Source: Phycisphaera mikurensis (GTDB lineage Bacteria > Planctomycetota > Phycisphaerae > UBA1845). Taken from it: 63,979 nucleotides of DNA. The translations under genes were made by a program, and so were the position numbers. Shown here one piece after another: positions 53,492 through 63,462 of this stretch. Numbering within the stretch: the first letter of the stretch is position 1; each line of letters opens with the position of its first letter. Location: the NCBI GenBank assembly GCA_005240095.1, contig SBAX01000058.1, positions 1 through 63,979 of the forward strand, read 5' to 3'. The notes below the pieces were generated by a model. The model saw only the letters and a program-made list of their open reading frames with translations. It was not told the DNA's origin and did no database searches.

Positions 53492-53639
53492 TGGGCTTTC
53501 TCCTATGCTGGAGAAAGTCTAGGCGCGCAGAAGACGTGATTCCAAGCGACCGCCTATGATAACGCCGTCAAGGCATCTGAAGCCCTGGGGTCAACCGGAG
53601 CCGCACTCAGGTGCTACAGAGTGAGCCGTTTTCTGCGCG

Positions 53640-53870
53640 AAGGCCCGAAGGGCCGCCATAAATCAGCCCAGGGCAACGCCCTGGGTTTCATCCGCCCGCA
53701 AACAGGCAAGCCCTGAAAGGGCGCTATAGACGGGGCTGACCACAACGCACGCTACGCCTTACGCGCTGCATCGCCCGGCACTATCCCGCTCTTTCAGAGC
53801 TTCCGCGCTTACGGCTCGCAACCTCCCAGGACGTTGCCCTGGGCTGCTGTATTTGGCCCATTCAGGGCCC
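53640..53870. repeat. Inverted pair of ~90-nt repeat units (arms 53640-53729 and 53781-53870), each containing three short GC hairpins
   Basis: A 15-nt perfect inverted core, CAGCCCAGGGCAACG (53664-78) / CGTTGCCCTGGGCTG (53832-46), is flanked by imperfectly matching GGCCCGAAGGGCC-like and GCCCTGAAAGGGCG-like hairpins in both arms. Confidence 0.75.
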
Positions 53871-53898
53871 CAGCCGCAAGCCCGCTCGGTTTGAGTTG

Positions 53899-55761
53899 CT
53901 AGATCTCGATCAGATCGAAGCGCGGCTTGGCACGACGGCCAAGGACCAGAATGACGAGGAACATGAGGACCGCCCCCGCGGCGAGGCCGAAGTACCAGGG
54001 CTGACCATAAACGCTGCACATGATATCCCCGAAGGCCAGGGCGGCGATTCCGGAGAGTACAGCGTAGGGCAACTGCGTCCAGGTGTGCTCGATGAGCGAG
54101 CAATCCGCGCCGATCGCGGAAAGGACGGTCGTGCTGCTCAGCGGCGAGCAATGGTCGCCGAAGATCGCTCCGCCGAGAACGCTGCCCACGCTGGCATAGA
54201 ACAGCGTCAGGGCCTGATCCGGCGGCAGCGGTTCGGCCAGCTTTACAGCGAGCGGGATGGCAATAGGGCAGAGGATGCCCATGGTTCCCCACGAGGTGCC
54301 GGTGGCGAAGGAGATCAGGTAGGCGACGACGGAGATGGCAAACGGCAGCCACACGGCAGGGAAGGCCATGCTCCTCAGTCTCTCCGCCAGGATTTGCCCC
54401 AGCATGAGGTCCTGCTCGATTTGCGACAGGGCCCAGGCGAGAACCAGGATCGTAAGGGCGGGAACGGTGTGGGCCATGGAGTTCAGGCCCGCGTCCATAG
54501 CGTCCTGCAACGAGCACGTCCGGGCGAAGAGGGTGAGTACGACGGAAATCACTGCGGCGAAGAGTGACCCGTAGAGGATGGAGAGGTAGGCGTCGGCCTT
54601 GCCGATGATGTCGGCAGCCTTCTGCCACCAGGGAAGGTCGCTCTGGCTGAGGATCTCGCGTCCGCCGTTGGCCAGGCCGGTCATGGCCAGGATGGCCAGC
54701 GTCACGAACACCAGAACCGCAACAGCAAAAAACCCCAGCCACCACACCGGGCGCGGTCCCCGGCTCAGGGTGCTGTCGGAGACAACCGGCGTCACGTCGC
54801 GATCCAACTGGCTGACCGCGCGAGCCTGGGACTTCCGCATGGGCCCGAAGTTCCGCCCGAGCAGGACCACCAGCAGGGCGCACACGATGGCGAGGATCGG
54901 ATAGAACCGGTACGGCAGACTATGGATGAAAGCAGACATGGCGGAAACGGGCTTGCCGTCCGCAGTCATCAGGAAGGCAGGAACTCCTGCAGCCAGTGAT
55001 GGATCGAGGCCCGTCTGGATGTATGCGACGACCGCGCCGATCCAGGTGCCGATGATGGCGAGGGAGGCGACCGGCCCGGCGGTGGTATCGATGATGTACG
55101 CCAGCATGGCGCGAGACTGCTTGATGCGGTCGAAAACAGGTCGCATCGTCGGCCCGAGTATCATGCAGTTTGCGTAGTCGTCGAAGAAGATCACCAGCCC
55201 CGCGATCCACGCGGTGAGCCCTCCGCGGCGCGGTGATGTCGACTCGCCGGCCACGAGCCCGACCATACCCGCCGTCCCGCCGTTGCGCCCGATCACGCCC
55301 ACCATGAAGGCAACGAAAAACGTGAACACCAGGATCTTGATGCGGGCGAAGTCGGTTTCGGAATACTCGTGCAGGGCCCCGATGATGTAGTGTTCGGTGG
55401 TCAGCCGCGCCGCCTCCATCACCGGATTGCCGCTGTAGAATGGCGAATCGGCAGATAGGCAGGGCACGAACATACACGCCCCGACCACCACGCCGATGAA
55501 CAGAGCGGCCACCACCTGGCGGGTAACGATCGTAAGTCCGATGGCCAGCACGGCCGGGGCAAGGACCCACAGGCCGTAGCTCTGGGGATCAAGAGGAACG
55601 CGCGGCGGCGCTGATGCATTCGCCGGATCGCCGGCGACTGGCGAGGTCACCTGCGACACGGCCGGCGTCTGCCCATCCGCGCCGGCGGGCAATAGCCAGG
55701 ACGAGGCCGCCAAGGCGGCCACGGTCGTCGCGATCACCCGCTTCCGTGCTCGACTGGTCAC
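53899..55761 (-). CDS. NhaC-family antiporter-like membrane protein
   Basis: 620 aa with a GTG start and more than 10 TM helices. It has an NhaC-type layout, with a signal-like N-terminus and duplicated Na_H_antiporter_C-like hydrophobic blocks. The family call is from overall pattern only. Confidence 0.7.
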   Translation of the reverse strand: MTSRARKRVIATTVAALAASSWLLPAGADGQTPAVSQVTSPVAGDPANASAPPRVPLDPQSYGLWVLAPAVLAIGLTIVTRQVVAALFIGVVVGACMFVPCLSADSPFYSGNPVMEAARLTTEHYIIGALHEYSETDFARIKILVFTFFVAFMVGVIGRNGGTAGMVGLVAGESTSPRRGGLTAWIAGLVIFFDDYANCMILGPTMRPVFDRIKQSRAMLAYIIDTTAGPVASLAIIGTWIGAVVAYIQTGLDPSLAAGVPAFLMTADGKPVSAMSAFIHSLPYRFYPILAIVCALLVVLLGRNFGPMRKSQARAVSQLDRDVTPVVSDSTLSRGPRPVWWLGFFAVAVLVFVTLAILAMTGLANGGREILSQSDLPWWQKAADIIGKADAYLSILYGSLFAAVISVVLTLFARTCSLQDAMDAGLNSMAHTVPALTILVLAWALSQIEQDLMLGQILAERLRSMAFPAVWLPFAISVVAYLISFATGTSWGTMGILCPIAIPLAVKLAEPLPPDQALTLFYASVGSVLGGAIFGDHCSPLSSTTVLSAIGADCSLIEHTWTQLPYAVLSGIAALAFGDIMCSVYGQPWYFGLAAGAVLMFLVILVLGRRAKPRFDLIEI

Positions 55762-55763
55762 GT

Positions 55764-56705
55764 CTAGCGCAGGAATCCCTCGGCCACGCCCACAAGTTCC
55801 TTCACGTGCGACACGCTGGTGGCGAACAGTTTCTTTTCGTCGTCATTGAGCTTGACCTCGATGACTTTCTCCACGCCGCCGGCGCCGAGCACGGCGGGCA
55901 CGCCGACGAAGTATCCGCCCACGCCGTACTCCTTGTTGCAGTACGCCGCGCAGGGAAGGATGCGTTTCTTATCCTTGATGACCGCCTCGGCCATCTGGAT
56001 GGTGCCCGATGCCGGGGCGTAGTAGGCACTGGTGCCCATGAGCTTGACCAGTTCCCCGCCGCCCATCTTGGCCCGCTCGATGATGGCCTGCAGCCGATCC
56101 GGGGCGATCAACTGCGTCACGGGGATGCCGGCCACCGAGGTGTAGGACGGCAAGGGCACCATGTCGTCGCCATGGCCCCCCAGCAGCAAGGCGGTGATGT
56201 CCTCGACGCTGCAGCCGAGCTCCATGGAGATGAACGTGCGGTAGCGGGCAATATCCAGACAGCCCGCCTGCCCTACCACGCGGTTCGTGGGGAATCCCGT
56301 CTTCTTCCAGGCGGTGTACACCATGGCGTCGAGCGGGTTCGACACGACGATCAGCACAGCGTTGGGCGCGACCTTGGCGACCTGCACGGCCACGTCGCCG
56401 ACGATCTTGACGTTGGTCTGCACGAGGTCGTCGCGGCTCATCCCCGGTTTGCGGGGCACACCCGCGGTGATAATGACCACATCGCTGTCTTTGGCATGGG
56501 CATAGTCGGCGGTGCCCACAATGCGGCAGTCGAACCGCTCGATCGGACCGCACTGGAGCAGGTCCAGCGCCTTGCCCGCGGTCTTGTCCGCAAACTCGGG
56601 AATATCGATGAGAACGATGTCCCCGAGTTCCTTCTGCGCCGCCCACACGGCGCAGCTCGCCCCCACGTTGCCAGCTCCCACGATGGTAATCTTTGCGCGT
56701 TTCAC
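55764..56705 (-). CDS. mdh: Malate dehydrogenase (LDH-like, NAD-dependent)
   Basis: I prefer the GTG at 56705, with GAGGGA 8 nt upstream, giving 313 aa. Motifs are KITIVGAGNVGASCA, DIVLIDI, VVIITAGVPRKPGMSRDDL and GGHGDDMVPL. Confidence 0.9.
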   Translation of the reverse strand: MKRAKITIVGAGNVGASCAVWAAQKELGDIVLIDIPEFADKTAGKALDLLQCGPIERFDCRIVGTADYAHAKDSDVVIITAGVPRKPGMSRDDLVQTNVKIVGDVAVQVAKVAPNAVLIVVSNPLDAMVYTAWKKTGFPTNRVVGQAGCLDIARYRTFISMELGCSVEDITALLLGGHGDDMVPLPSYTSVAGIPVTQLIAPDRLQAIIERAKMGGGELVKLMGTSAYYAPASGTIQMAEAVIKDKKRILPCAAYCNKEYGVGGYFVGVPAVLGAGGVEKVIEVKLNDDEKKLFATSVSHVKELVGVAEGFLR

Positions 56706-56883
56706 GGTTTGATCCCTCACTTCCGTTGTTTCCGCAGACAAGGACGTCTCGGACAGTATCATCTTAGACCATCCAACCGCGGATGCAACGACGCGATTGC
56801 GAACGAAGGCAAGCGTTGGTACCGTGCCTCCCGTGCGGCGGCGCGGCCCCCCGAGAGGCAGTGCCGGCCCAAAGGAGCGTGCT

Positions 56884-57405
56884 ATGCGACGTTTATTCCC
56901 GACTGGTGCAGGACTGTGGGTTCTGGCTGTAGGTTTCGGGTTGATCGCGGCTTTGCAAGAGGTTCGGTCGGCTGATCCCCAGAGCCCGCCGAGCATCGAA
57001 GGCACCTATCGGCTGGTCTATCGAGAGCAACCTGACGGTCAGCAGCTCAAGTATCCTCGCATCCACGGGCTGCTGACCTACGGCAAGGACTTCCGCAACT
57101 TCAATGTGTACTGGATGAACGAGAACAAGAAGACCTTCTCGATGACCTATGTCGCGAAGTACAAGCTGGACTCCCAACAGTACCACGAGGAGAGCCTCTA
57201 CTGCCTGATCCTCGACGGCATCAACGACCAGGGTCCGCGCTACGACCTGGGCGGTATCAAGAAGAGTTCTCCGATCAAAATCGAGGATGGGCGTATTGCC
57301 TTCAAGCTCCCGCTGTACAACGAGCCCGAGGTTGTGTTCGACGGCGACAAGATGATCGCCACGCGGGCCGGGGAATTCGTCGACCACTGGGAACGAGTCA
57401 AGTAG
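56884..57405 (+). CDS. Small secreted lipocalin-like protein
   Basis: ATG at 56884 gives MRRLFPTGAGLWVLAVGFGLIAALQ (signal). The motif IEGTYRLVYRE...GLLTYGKDFRNFNVYW resembles lipocalin-like domain proteins. GC is lower (~55 % in the first 60 nt by hand count). Confidence 0.5.
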   Translation: MRRLFPTGAGLWVLAVGFGLIAALQEVRSADPQSPPSIEGTYRLVYREQPDGQQLKYPRIHGLLTYGKDFRNFNVYWMNENKKTFSMTYVAKYKLDSQQYHEESLYCLILDGINDQGPRYDLGGIKKSSPIKIEDGRIAFKLPLYNEPEVVFDGDKMIATRAGEFVDHWERVK

Positions 57406-57426
57406 CGCCTGCCAACCCGCGCTGCG

Positions 57427-58731
57427 ATGCCCGATGAGACGGCCATATCACCGCCCCCCACAAGGGCCACGTGGCGCGAATGGCTGGGGTTGAACCCCTC
57501 CACGCTTGCCCTGCTCGGCACGATCCTGCTGGTGACTGCGGCGACGGAGCTGTGGGCCCCGCTCATCCCCCAGTACCTCAAAGCCCTCCGCGAGGAGGCC
57601 GGGGCCGGCGACGCATGGACGATCCTCCTGGTAGGGTTCTACGGTTTCTATCGCGACGCCCTGGAGGCGGTGAACTACTACGCGGGTGGTGCCATCGCCG
57701 GGCGGTTCAACACCCGTCGCGCTCTCTTGCTTTTCAACTTCCTTCCCTTCATTGGCCTGGCAGTGCTCGCCCTATGGCAAGCCCCCCTTGCGGTCTTTGT
57801 GGCCATCCCCTTCGTGTTTGCCTGGGACAGCATCGCCGGACCGGCGACGCTGACCGTCGTCGGCGAAGCCGTGCCGCCCGATCGGCGGACAATGGCGTTT
57901 TCGTTGCAGGCCATCTTTCGGCGGGTTTCGCGGGTGCTCGCTTACTGTATCAGCGCCGCGCTGGTGCTTTGGCTGGGCCGCATTCGCGGCGTGCACGCGG
58001 ACGCCATCGTAGCGGCGATCTTTGTCGTGATCGCCTGTGCGGTGCAATACCGCTACATGCGAACGGCCAGTCGGGACAGCAAGATCGCGCTGAGCCGTCC
58101 GCGTCACTTGCTGCGCCATTTCAGTCCGCAGCTTAAGCGGCTTCTGGCCGCGGATATCTTCGCCCGCTGGGCGGAGGGAATGGCCGGGCCCCTGATCATC
58201 CTCTACTGCGTGCCGCTCCTCTCGACCGACTACTCGCACGGAACGGCACTGTATCAGTCGGTTCTGCTGAACATCCAAGCCGTGACCAACACCATCCTCT
58301 ACGTCGTCATCGGTCCGCTTGCCAGCCGGGAAGGCCTGGCCAAGAAGCCTTACATTGGGCTCACTTTCCTGTTTTTCGCGTTGTTCCCCATCAGCTTGAT
58401 CGTCCTGGGCCGCACGCTTGGCTTCTGGGGATTGGCCTTGGCTTTCGTAGTTGGCGGTCTGCGTGAGATCGGCGAGCCGGCCCGCAAGGCCATGATCGCG
58501 GACCTGGTGCCCGCGGACGTGCGTACCCAGGCGATCGGGCTTTACTGGAGCATGCGAAGCATCGCCGTCATGTGGGCCTCGCCGGTCGGAGCGCTCCTCT
58601 GGGTCCTGGGAGATCGCTGGAAGCCGGGCATGGGCCCCGCCCTGGCGTTCCTGGCTGCCGGCGCCCTCGGACTGGTGGGAGTTGTGGCGTTTTTTGCGCA
58701 TTTCGGAAGAGCCGAACCGTCCCAACGCTAG
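57427..58731 (+). CDS. MFS transporter
   Basis: 434 aa with about 12 TM helices. The loop 2-3 motif is AGGAIAGRFNTRRAL. Confidence 0.8.
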   Translation: MPDETAISPPPTRATWREWLGLNPSTLALLGTILLVTAATELWAPLIPQYLKALREEAGAGDAWTILLVGFYGFYRDALEAVNYYAGGAIAGRFNTRRALLLFNFLPFIGLAVLALWQAPLAVFVAIPFVFAWDSIAGPATLTVVGEAVPPDRRTMAFSLQAIFRRVSRVLAYCISAALVLWLGRIRGVHADAIVAAIFVVIACAVQYRYMRTASRDSKIALSRPRHLLRHFSPQLKRLLAADIFARWAEGMAGPLIILYCVPLLSTDYSHGTALYQSVLLNIQAVTNTILYVVIGPLASREGLAKKPYIGLTFLFFALFPISLIVLGRTLGFWGLALAFVVGGLREIGEPARKAMIADLVPADVRTQAIGLYWSMRSIAVMWASPVGALLWVLGDRWKPGMGPALAFLAAGALGLVGVVAFFAHFGRAEPSQR

Positions 58732-58830
58732 CAAGTGGCGAGCAGCTTGGACTGCCTCAGCCGCAGCGCCGGCGGATCACTCAGAGCCCGTTACCTTCCC
58801 GATAAGACGTTGAGTCGTAGCCTTCGCAAC

Positions 58831-59799
58831 ATGGATGGTATGCGCGCAACCCACTGCGTTTTCATGCTCGCAGCTCTTAGCTTCGCAGCACCCGCGCGCG
58901 GCGAGGACGAGAGCCTTCCCTTGCGGCTGGCATGGCAGATTGCCCTCGAACGGGCGGGCTTTTCGCCGGGCTTGATCGATGGTCAGCTCGGACCCAAGAC
59001 GAAGCTGGCCACGCGTGAATTTCAGCGTGCGCGCGGACTGCCCCTTACCGGCGTGCTCGACACCGCTACTTCCTCGGCGCTCCAGGTTGACGCAACCAGC
59101 GCCATCACGACATACACAGTCACACCGAACGACCAAGCCGAGGTCGGCCATGTACCTGCGCAATGGTTGGAGAAGAGCAGACTACCGCGACTGGGCTACG
59201 AGTCTCTCGCGGCCGCCGTCGCCGAAAAGTTCCATTGCACTCAAGGACTCCTGGCGCGACTGAATAACGCTCGAGACCTGGGAAAGCTCACGGTGGGTGC
59301 GGTCCTGAGGGTCCCTGCGGTCGGCCCCGTGCCACACAGCGCGGGATCGAACCTCGAAATCAACCTTCGAGAAAAGGTGATCCGGGTACTGGGGTCCCGG
59401 GGGCAGCTCGTAGCCCTGTTCCACTGCTCCATCGCCAAGGACAAAGAGAGGCTGCCCAGGGGTGAAGCGCAGGTCGTGGTGATCACCGACGATCCCAGCT
59501 ACACGTTCGACCCCGCCATGTGGCCGGAGGTTCGCGGGGTCGACAAAAAACTCCTGATCCCGCCCGGCCCTCGCAACCCGGTCGGCAGATGCTGGATCGG
59601 GCTGAGCCTGCCGGGATATGGGATCCACGGCAGTCCGAACCCTGAACTCATCGGCAAGACAGGCTCGCACGGCTGCTTCCGGCTTACGAACTGGGATGCG
59701 CAGCGACTGGGCAAGATGATTCATACCGGAGCCAAAGTCCGCTTCGTGGGTGCGGAGCAAGTGGCGTCCCGAGCGCGAGGCAATCATCGAGGCACCTGA
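58831..59799 (+). CDS. L,D-transpeptidase (YkuD) with N-terminal peptidoglycan-binding domain
   Basis: The PG_binding_1 motif is GFSPGLIDGQLGPKTKLATREFQRARGLPLTGVLD. The catalytic motif is GIHGSPNPELIGKTGSHGCFRLTNWDA. The start is ATG 58831 or 58840. Confidence 0.85.
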   Translation: MDGMRATHCVFMLAALSFAAPARGEDESLPLRLAWQIALERAGFSPGLIDGQLGPKTKLATREFQRARGLPLTGVLDTATSSALQVDATSAITTYTVTPNDQAEVGHVPAQWLEKSRLPRLGYESLAAAVAEKFHCTQGLLARLNNARDLGKLTVGAVLRVPAVGPVPHSAGSNLEINLREKVIRVLGSRGQLVALFHCSIAKDKERLPRGEAQVVVITDDPSYTFDPAMWPEVRGVDKKLLIPPGPRNPVGRCWIGLSLPGYGIHGSPNPELIGKTGSHGCFRLTNWDAQRLGKMIHTGAKVRFVGAEQVASRARGNHRGT

Positions 59800-59816
59800 G
59801 GTTCCCCAGTGATCAT

Positions 59817-61208
59817 ATGCTTGTCGCCCCGACGTCCTGCATTCTGAATCGCCGCACCGCTGACATCGACCGCCCGGCCGCATGGAACGGAAAGCAACCC
59901 GCGATCCTTTTCCTGCTGAACCCGGGCAACTTCACGCGTCACTGTCTGCTCGACATGGTCGATGCGGCCAAGAGCCTGGGCTTTCATCCCCTGACCATCG
60001 AGCTGGGCGAAGTGTGGACTCTGAATCAGGGTAACAGCTCCTGGGACCTTGCCGGACTGGCAGGGCTCTTGCGTGACGCCAATGTCAAGGCGGTCATCAG
60101 CTCTTCCATGAATGGACTGCTGGAGTGGCCGTGCGCCTCCGCGCCGGACGGGCGCCCGCAGCCATTCTTCGAACAGCTCGGAATCCCTCACCTGATGTGG
60201 TGGACCGATCATCCCCAATGGGCCAACAACAGAATGGGCCTGCGTCCTGACCTGCAGGCCGCGCTGCGTTCTCCGAACAACCACCATTTCGTGAAGTCCG
60301 AAGCCGCCGCGTCGGAGCTGCATGACGTCCTCGGATGGCCCAACTGCCACGGAGTTCCTGTTGCCGAGAATGCTGAGCGACTGCGGCCCGTCGCCGATGC
60401 CCGGCCGGATCATGACGTGGTCGCCCTCGTCGGATCTCCGCCGCATATGGATCCGGCGCTGCAAAGGTTCCTGACCGAAGACGACCCCGATTTCGCCGCG
60501 ATTCAGGAGACGGTCGCTGACAAAGTCCTTGAGCAGCTCAGCACGCTATGGGCATCTCGCGCGCCGCGGTCCATCATTACGGAACTCACCGAATTCGGCC
60601 GGCGCTGGGCGACCGCCCGGCAGATGCAACCCCTGACGGCCTCATGGCGGGTCTTTGGCGGTCTCGAGCCGGAGCACCCGGCGGCAGCAAAGTGGCTGCG
60701 AAGCAACCCCGATAGCTACTTCGAGGCGATCTCGATCCTCTGGGAGTTCGGCCGCTGGCGGCGGACTTTCTACATCTGCTATCTGGCGAAGTATTTCCGT
60801 CTTGGGATATTCGGGGCGGACTGGTCCTCGGTGGGTTTGGACGGCGCCTCGTGGGTGCAGCACGACGACCAGCCCGCCTTCTACGCCCGGGGGCGAGTGG
60901 CGATCAACATATCCCAAGCCGGCGAGGAAGAGGGCGTCGCCCACAAGCCCTTTCAGATTGCCGCATCGGGAGTCCCGATGGCACACATTGACGCGGCGGG
61001 ACTTGAGGACCTGTTTCAAAGGGATCGGGAGGTTGCGGTTTTCCTCACTCCGCGCGAGGCTCGCGAGGCCATCGACGCACTGCTGCAGGATCCGGATCGC
61101 CGCGCCGCTATGGCGTCGGCGGCGCGGCAGCGCCTGTGTCGCGATCACACCTGGCGGCAGCGTCTGCCCGAGATGCTCCGATTTGCGGGGACTGGTCTGC
61201 CACGCTGA
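59817..61208 (+). CDS. CgeB-like glycosyltransferase-family protein (DUF3880/Glyco_trans_1_2-like)
   Basis: 463 aa. The C-terminal part YARGRVAINISQ....HKPFQIAASGVPMAH....LEDLFQRDREVAVFLTPREAREAIDALLQDPDRRAAMASAARQR resembles CgeB/spore-maturation-type GT C-termini. Assignment from memory only. Confidence 0.5.
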   Translation: MLVAPTSCILNRRTADIDRPAAWNGKQPAILFLLNPGNFTRHCLLDMVDAAKSLGFHPLTIELGEVWTLNQGNSSWDLAGLAGLLRDANVKAVISSSMNGLLEWPCASAPDGRPQPFFEQLGIPHLMWWTDHPQWANNRMGLRPDLQAALRSPNNHHFVKSEAAASELHDVLGWPNCHGVPVAENAERLRPVADARPDHDVVALVGSPPHMDPALQRFLTEDDPDFAAIQETVADKVLEQLSTLWASRAPRSIITELTEFGRRWATARQMQPLTASWRVFGGLEPEHPAAAKWLRSNPDSYFEAISILWEFGRWRRTFYICYLAKYFRLGIFGADWSSVGLDGASWVQHDDQPAFYARGRVAINISQAGEEEGVAHKPFQIAASGVPMAHIDAAGLEDLFQRDREVAVFLTPREAREAIDALLQDPDRRAAMASAARQRLCRDHTWRQRLPEMLRFAGTGLPR

Positions 61209-61236
61209 TTGAGCACCAGCGAGCCATGCCCGCGCA

Positions 61237-63462
61237 TCATTTCAGCACAACCACATCGACGTCCTCCGTGGCTCTTTCCACGCACACGCCAACAGCGTCG
61301 TCATATCGCAGAAGGCGCAGGTCGACCAACGCATCTCCGATGCGGACGTCGTAAAGGTTCACTTCTTTGAGGAACGCCGGGAGAATGGGCCGCCGCAGGA
61401 TAATCCGGTTCCTCGTAGCATCAATCGTCATCGCCAGGCACGCCTGAAGGAGCATAAAGATGGTGCCTGCGGCCCAAGCTTGAGGTGAGCAGGCCACGGG
61501 GTAGAGAATCGGTCCCTCGGCGCGCCGTCGGGCAAAGCCGCAGAGGAGCTCGGGGAGGCGACCGGACTCCATAAAGGTGCTGGCCTCGAACATACCCGCG
61601 AGGATGCGGTTGACCGCCTGCTGCTGCCCGTATCGGGCCAGCCCTGCGGCAATCAGGGCGTTATCGTGCGGCCAGACCGATCCGTTGTGGTACGACACGG
61701 GATTGTAGTGCGCTTCCTGCTCGTGCACGGTGCGGATACCCCATCCGCTGAACATCGGCTCGCTGAGGAGCTGCGCAGCCAACTCCCCGGCATGCCGGCG
61801 ATGTACGATCCCCGTATACAGGCTTTGCCCGGCGTTGGATGTCCGCACGCGGCACGGTCGCTGAGCCCCATCCAGGGCGATCGCGAAGGTCTTCAAATCG
61901 TGAAGCCAGAAGGCCTTGTGGAAACGGTGGCGGAGCCTTGCCGCCTCAGCCGAAAGACGCCGGGCCTGGATGTCGTAATGGAGGCCGTGGGCGAGTCGTG
62001 CGGCGCTGCGCAGCGCTGCATAGGCATAGCCTTGGACCTCGCACAGGGCGATAGGCGGCTCGGCCAGGCGGCCGTCGCTATGGAAGACCGCATCGTGCGA
62101 GTCCTTCCAACCCTGGTTCGAGAGGCCGCGCGAGCCCCGGCGACGATAACGGAGGAACCCGTCGCCCCGCTGGTCACCGTAGGTGTGCATCCAGGTCAAC
62201 GCCGCCTCGACGTGCGGCCAGATCTGACGAGCAAAGGCCACATCTCCGGTTCGCGTGTAGTAGCGCGCCGCGAGCACAACGAAGAGCGGCGTGGCGTCCA
62301 CCGTTCCGTAGTAGGAGCGGAAAGGGATCTCGTCCAGGGCCGCCATCTCGCCTCCCCGGATTTCGTGGACGATCTTGCCCGGTTCGGCATCTCTTTCGGG
62401 ATCAAGCTCCTTCGCCTGGCGGGCGGCCAGAAAACCCAGCACGCCACGGGCCAGGTCGGGCATGGCCCAGAGGGTTTGAAGCGCAGTGATGATGCCATCT
62501 CGGCCGAAGAAAGTGCTGTACCACGGCACGCCCGCGTAGGGGTAGACTCCCTGCGGCGTGTCCGTCAACATCATGAGCAAATCGGCCAGAGATCGATTGA
62601 TCCAGCGGTTGAACTGGGTGTTGGAGGTGACCACGCGAGCTACACGCCGAGTCAGGTCTTCGGTACGAGCGATCAGCGATTGTTTTGCTGTGGCGAATGA
62701 TACCCGCGCAGGCTGCCGCCCATTCAGGCGGCAAAAGATAGTTACCGCAATACCCACTGCCCCTTTGGGCGGCACTCGTAACAGGGACTGCAGGGACCGA
62801 GCGCCGACCCTGGACGGCGGCGGATCGGTGGTGACGATCGTCTCGCGTCGCACACCGTCCAGGCCGAGGTAGCCCAGGACAATCCCATCCGCAGGCTGAG
62901 TTTCCTTGAGCATCTGCCCGCGACGGGTGCGCTCCACACCCCGGACTTCGAAGAGGTCGACAAAGTCCGCCGCGAGATCGAGCTGCAGCCGGCAGGCAAT
63001 CTCCCGCATCTCATAGTGGGAGACGGTCACTCGCTCCAGGCAGCCCCCGTCGATCAACAGCTTGGCGCGGTGGATGTGCAGGGCCCCGTGGGGTAGAAGC
63101 TGGCCGTCTTCCTGCTGCAGGTCCGGGTTGGTGAGATCCACGGTGAGGGCAATGTTTTCCTCATCAACTGCAGAGTTGAGAAGCATCGGGTGAGCGCCGT
63201 CGATGGTCAGTTCGAATTGGCTGAGGTATCGCGTACCGTCGTGATAGAGCCCGGCCTGCCCCTTGTGGCCGCGCGCGTGTATGTCGCCATAACGGTCGAA
63301 CAGGGCGAAGGTGTCCTGATGCTTGAGGACGCGCCGTTGATCGTCCGGCGGAGCTGCGGATACCGTGATACTGAACGGCTCGGGAACCTCGTCAAGCGGC
63401 GGAGTAACTGACAAGGGGCCCGCCGTTTCCGGCGTCGACATCAGAGGCGCGTCCTGCCACAA
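61237..63462 (-). CDS. Amylo-alpha-1,6-glucosidase / glycogen-debranching-enzyme family protein (GDE_N_bis + GDE_C)
   Basis: 741 aa. Motifs are [34 protein letters not shown] and [18 protein letters not shown]. The start is uncertain: ATG 63462 or 63441, and both overlap the upstream GT stop (63392). Confidence 0.85.
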   Translation of the reverse strand: MWQDAPLMSTPETAGPLSVTPPLDEVPEPFSITVSAAPPDDQRRVLKHQDTFALFDRYGDIHARGHKGQAGLYHDGTRYLSQFELTIDGAHPMLLNSAVDEENIALTVDLTNPDLQQEDGQLLPHGALHIHRAKLLIDGGCLERVTVSHYEMREIACRLQLDLAADFVDLFEVRGVERTRRGQMLKETQPADGIVLGYLGLDGVRRETIVTTDPPPSRVGARSLQSLLRVPPKGAVGIAVTIFCRLNGRQPARVSFATAKQSLIARTEDLTRRVARVVTSNTQFNRWINRSLADLLMMLTDTPQGVYPYAGVPWYSTFFGRDGIITALQTLWAMPDLARGVLGFLAARQAKELDPERDAEPGKIVHEIRGGEMAALDEIPFRSYYGTVDATPLFVVLAARYYTRTGDVAFARQIWPHVEAALTWMHTYGDQRGDGFLRYRRRGSRGLSNQGWKDSHDAVFHSDGRLAEPPIALCEVQGYAYAALRSAARLAHGLHYDIQARRLSAEAARLRHRFHKAFWLHDLKTFAIALDGAQRPCRVRTSNAGQSLYTGIVHRRHAGELAAQLLSEPMFSGWGIRTVHEQEAHYNPVSYHNGSVWPHDNALIAAGLARYGQQQAVNRILAGMFEASTFMESGRLPELLCGFARRRAEGPILYPVACSPQAWAAGTIFMLLQACLAMTIDATRNRIILRRPILPAFLKEVNLYDVRIGDALVDLRLLRYDDAVGVCVERATEDVDVVVLK

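Noticed and set aside
798-54883. Many long ORFs lie antisense to, or out of frame with, the called genes. Examples are 798-1496(+), 8312-9031(-), 9512-10621(-), 13913-14992(+), 21281-22540(+), 22537-23613(+), 30221-31645(-), 32043-34055(+), 39918-41261(-), 46546-48039(-), 53759-54883(-) and 55614-56975(+).
   Set aside because: Their products are Arg/Pro/Gly/His-rich low-complexity sequences with no motifs. Each overlaps a gene on the other strand or frame that has clear family signatures. This is the typical shadow-ORF behaviour of GC-rich DNA.
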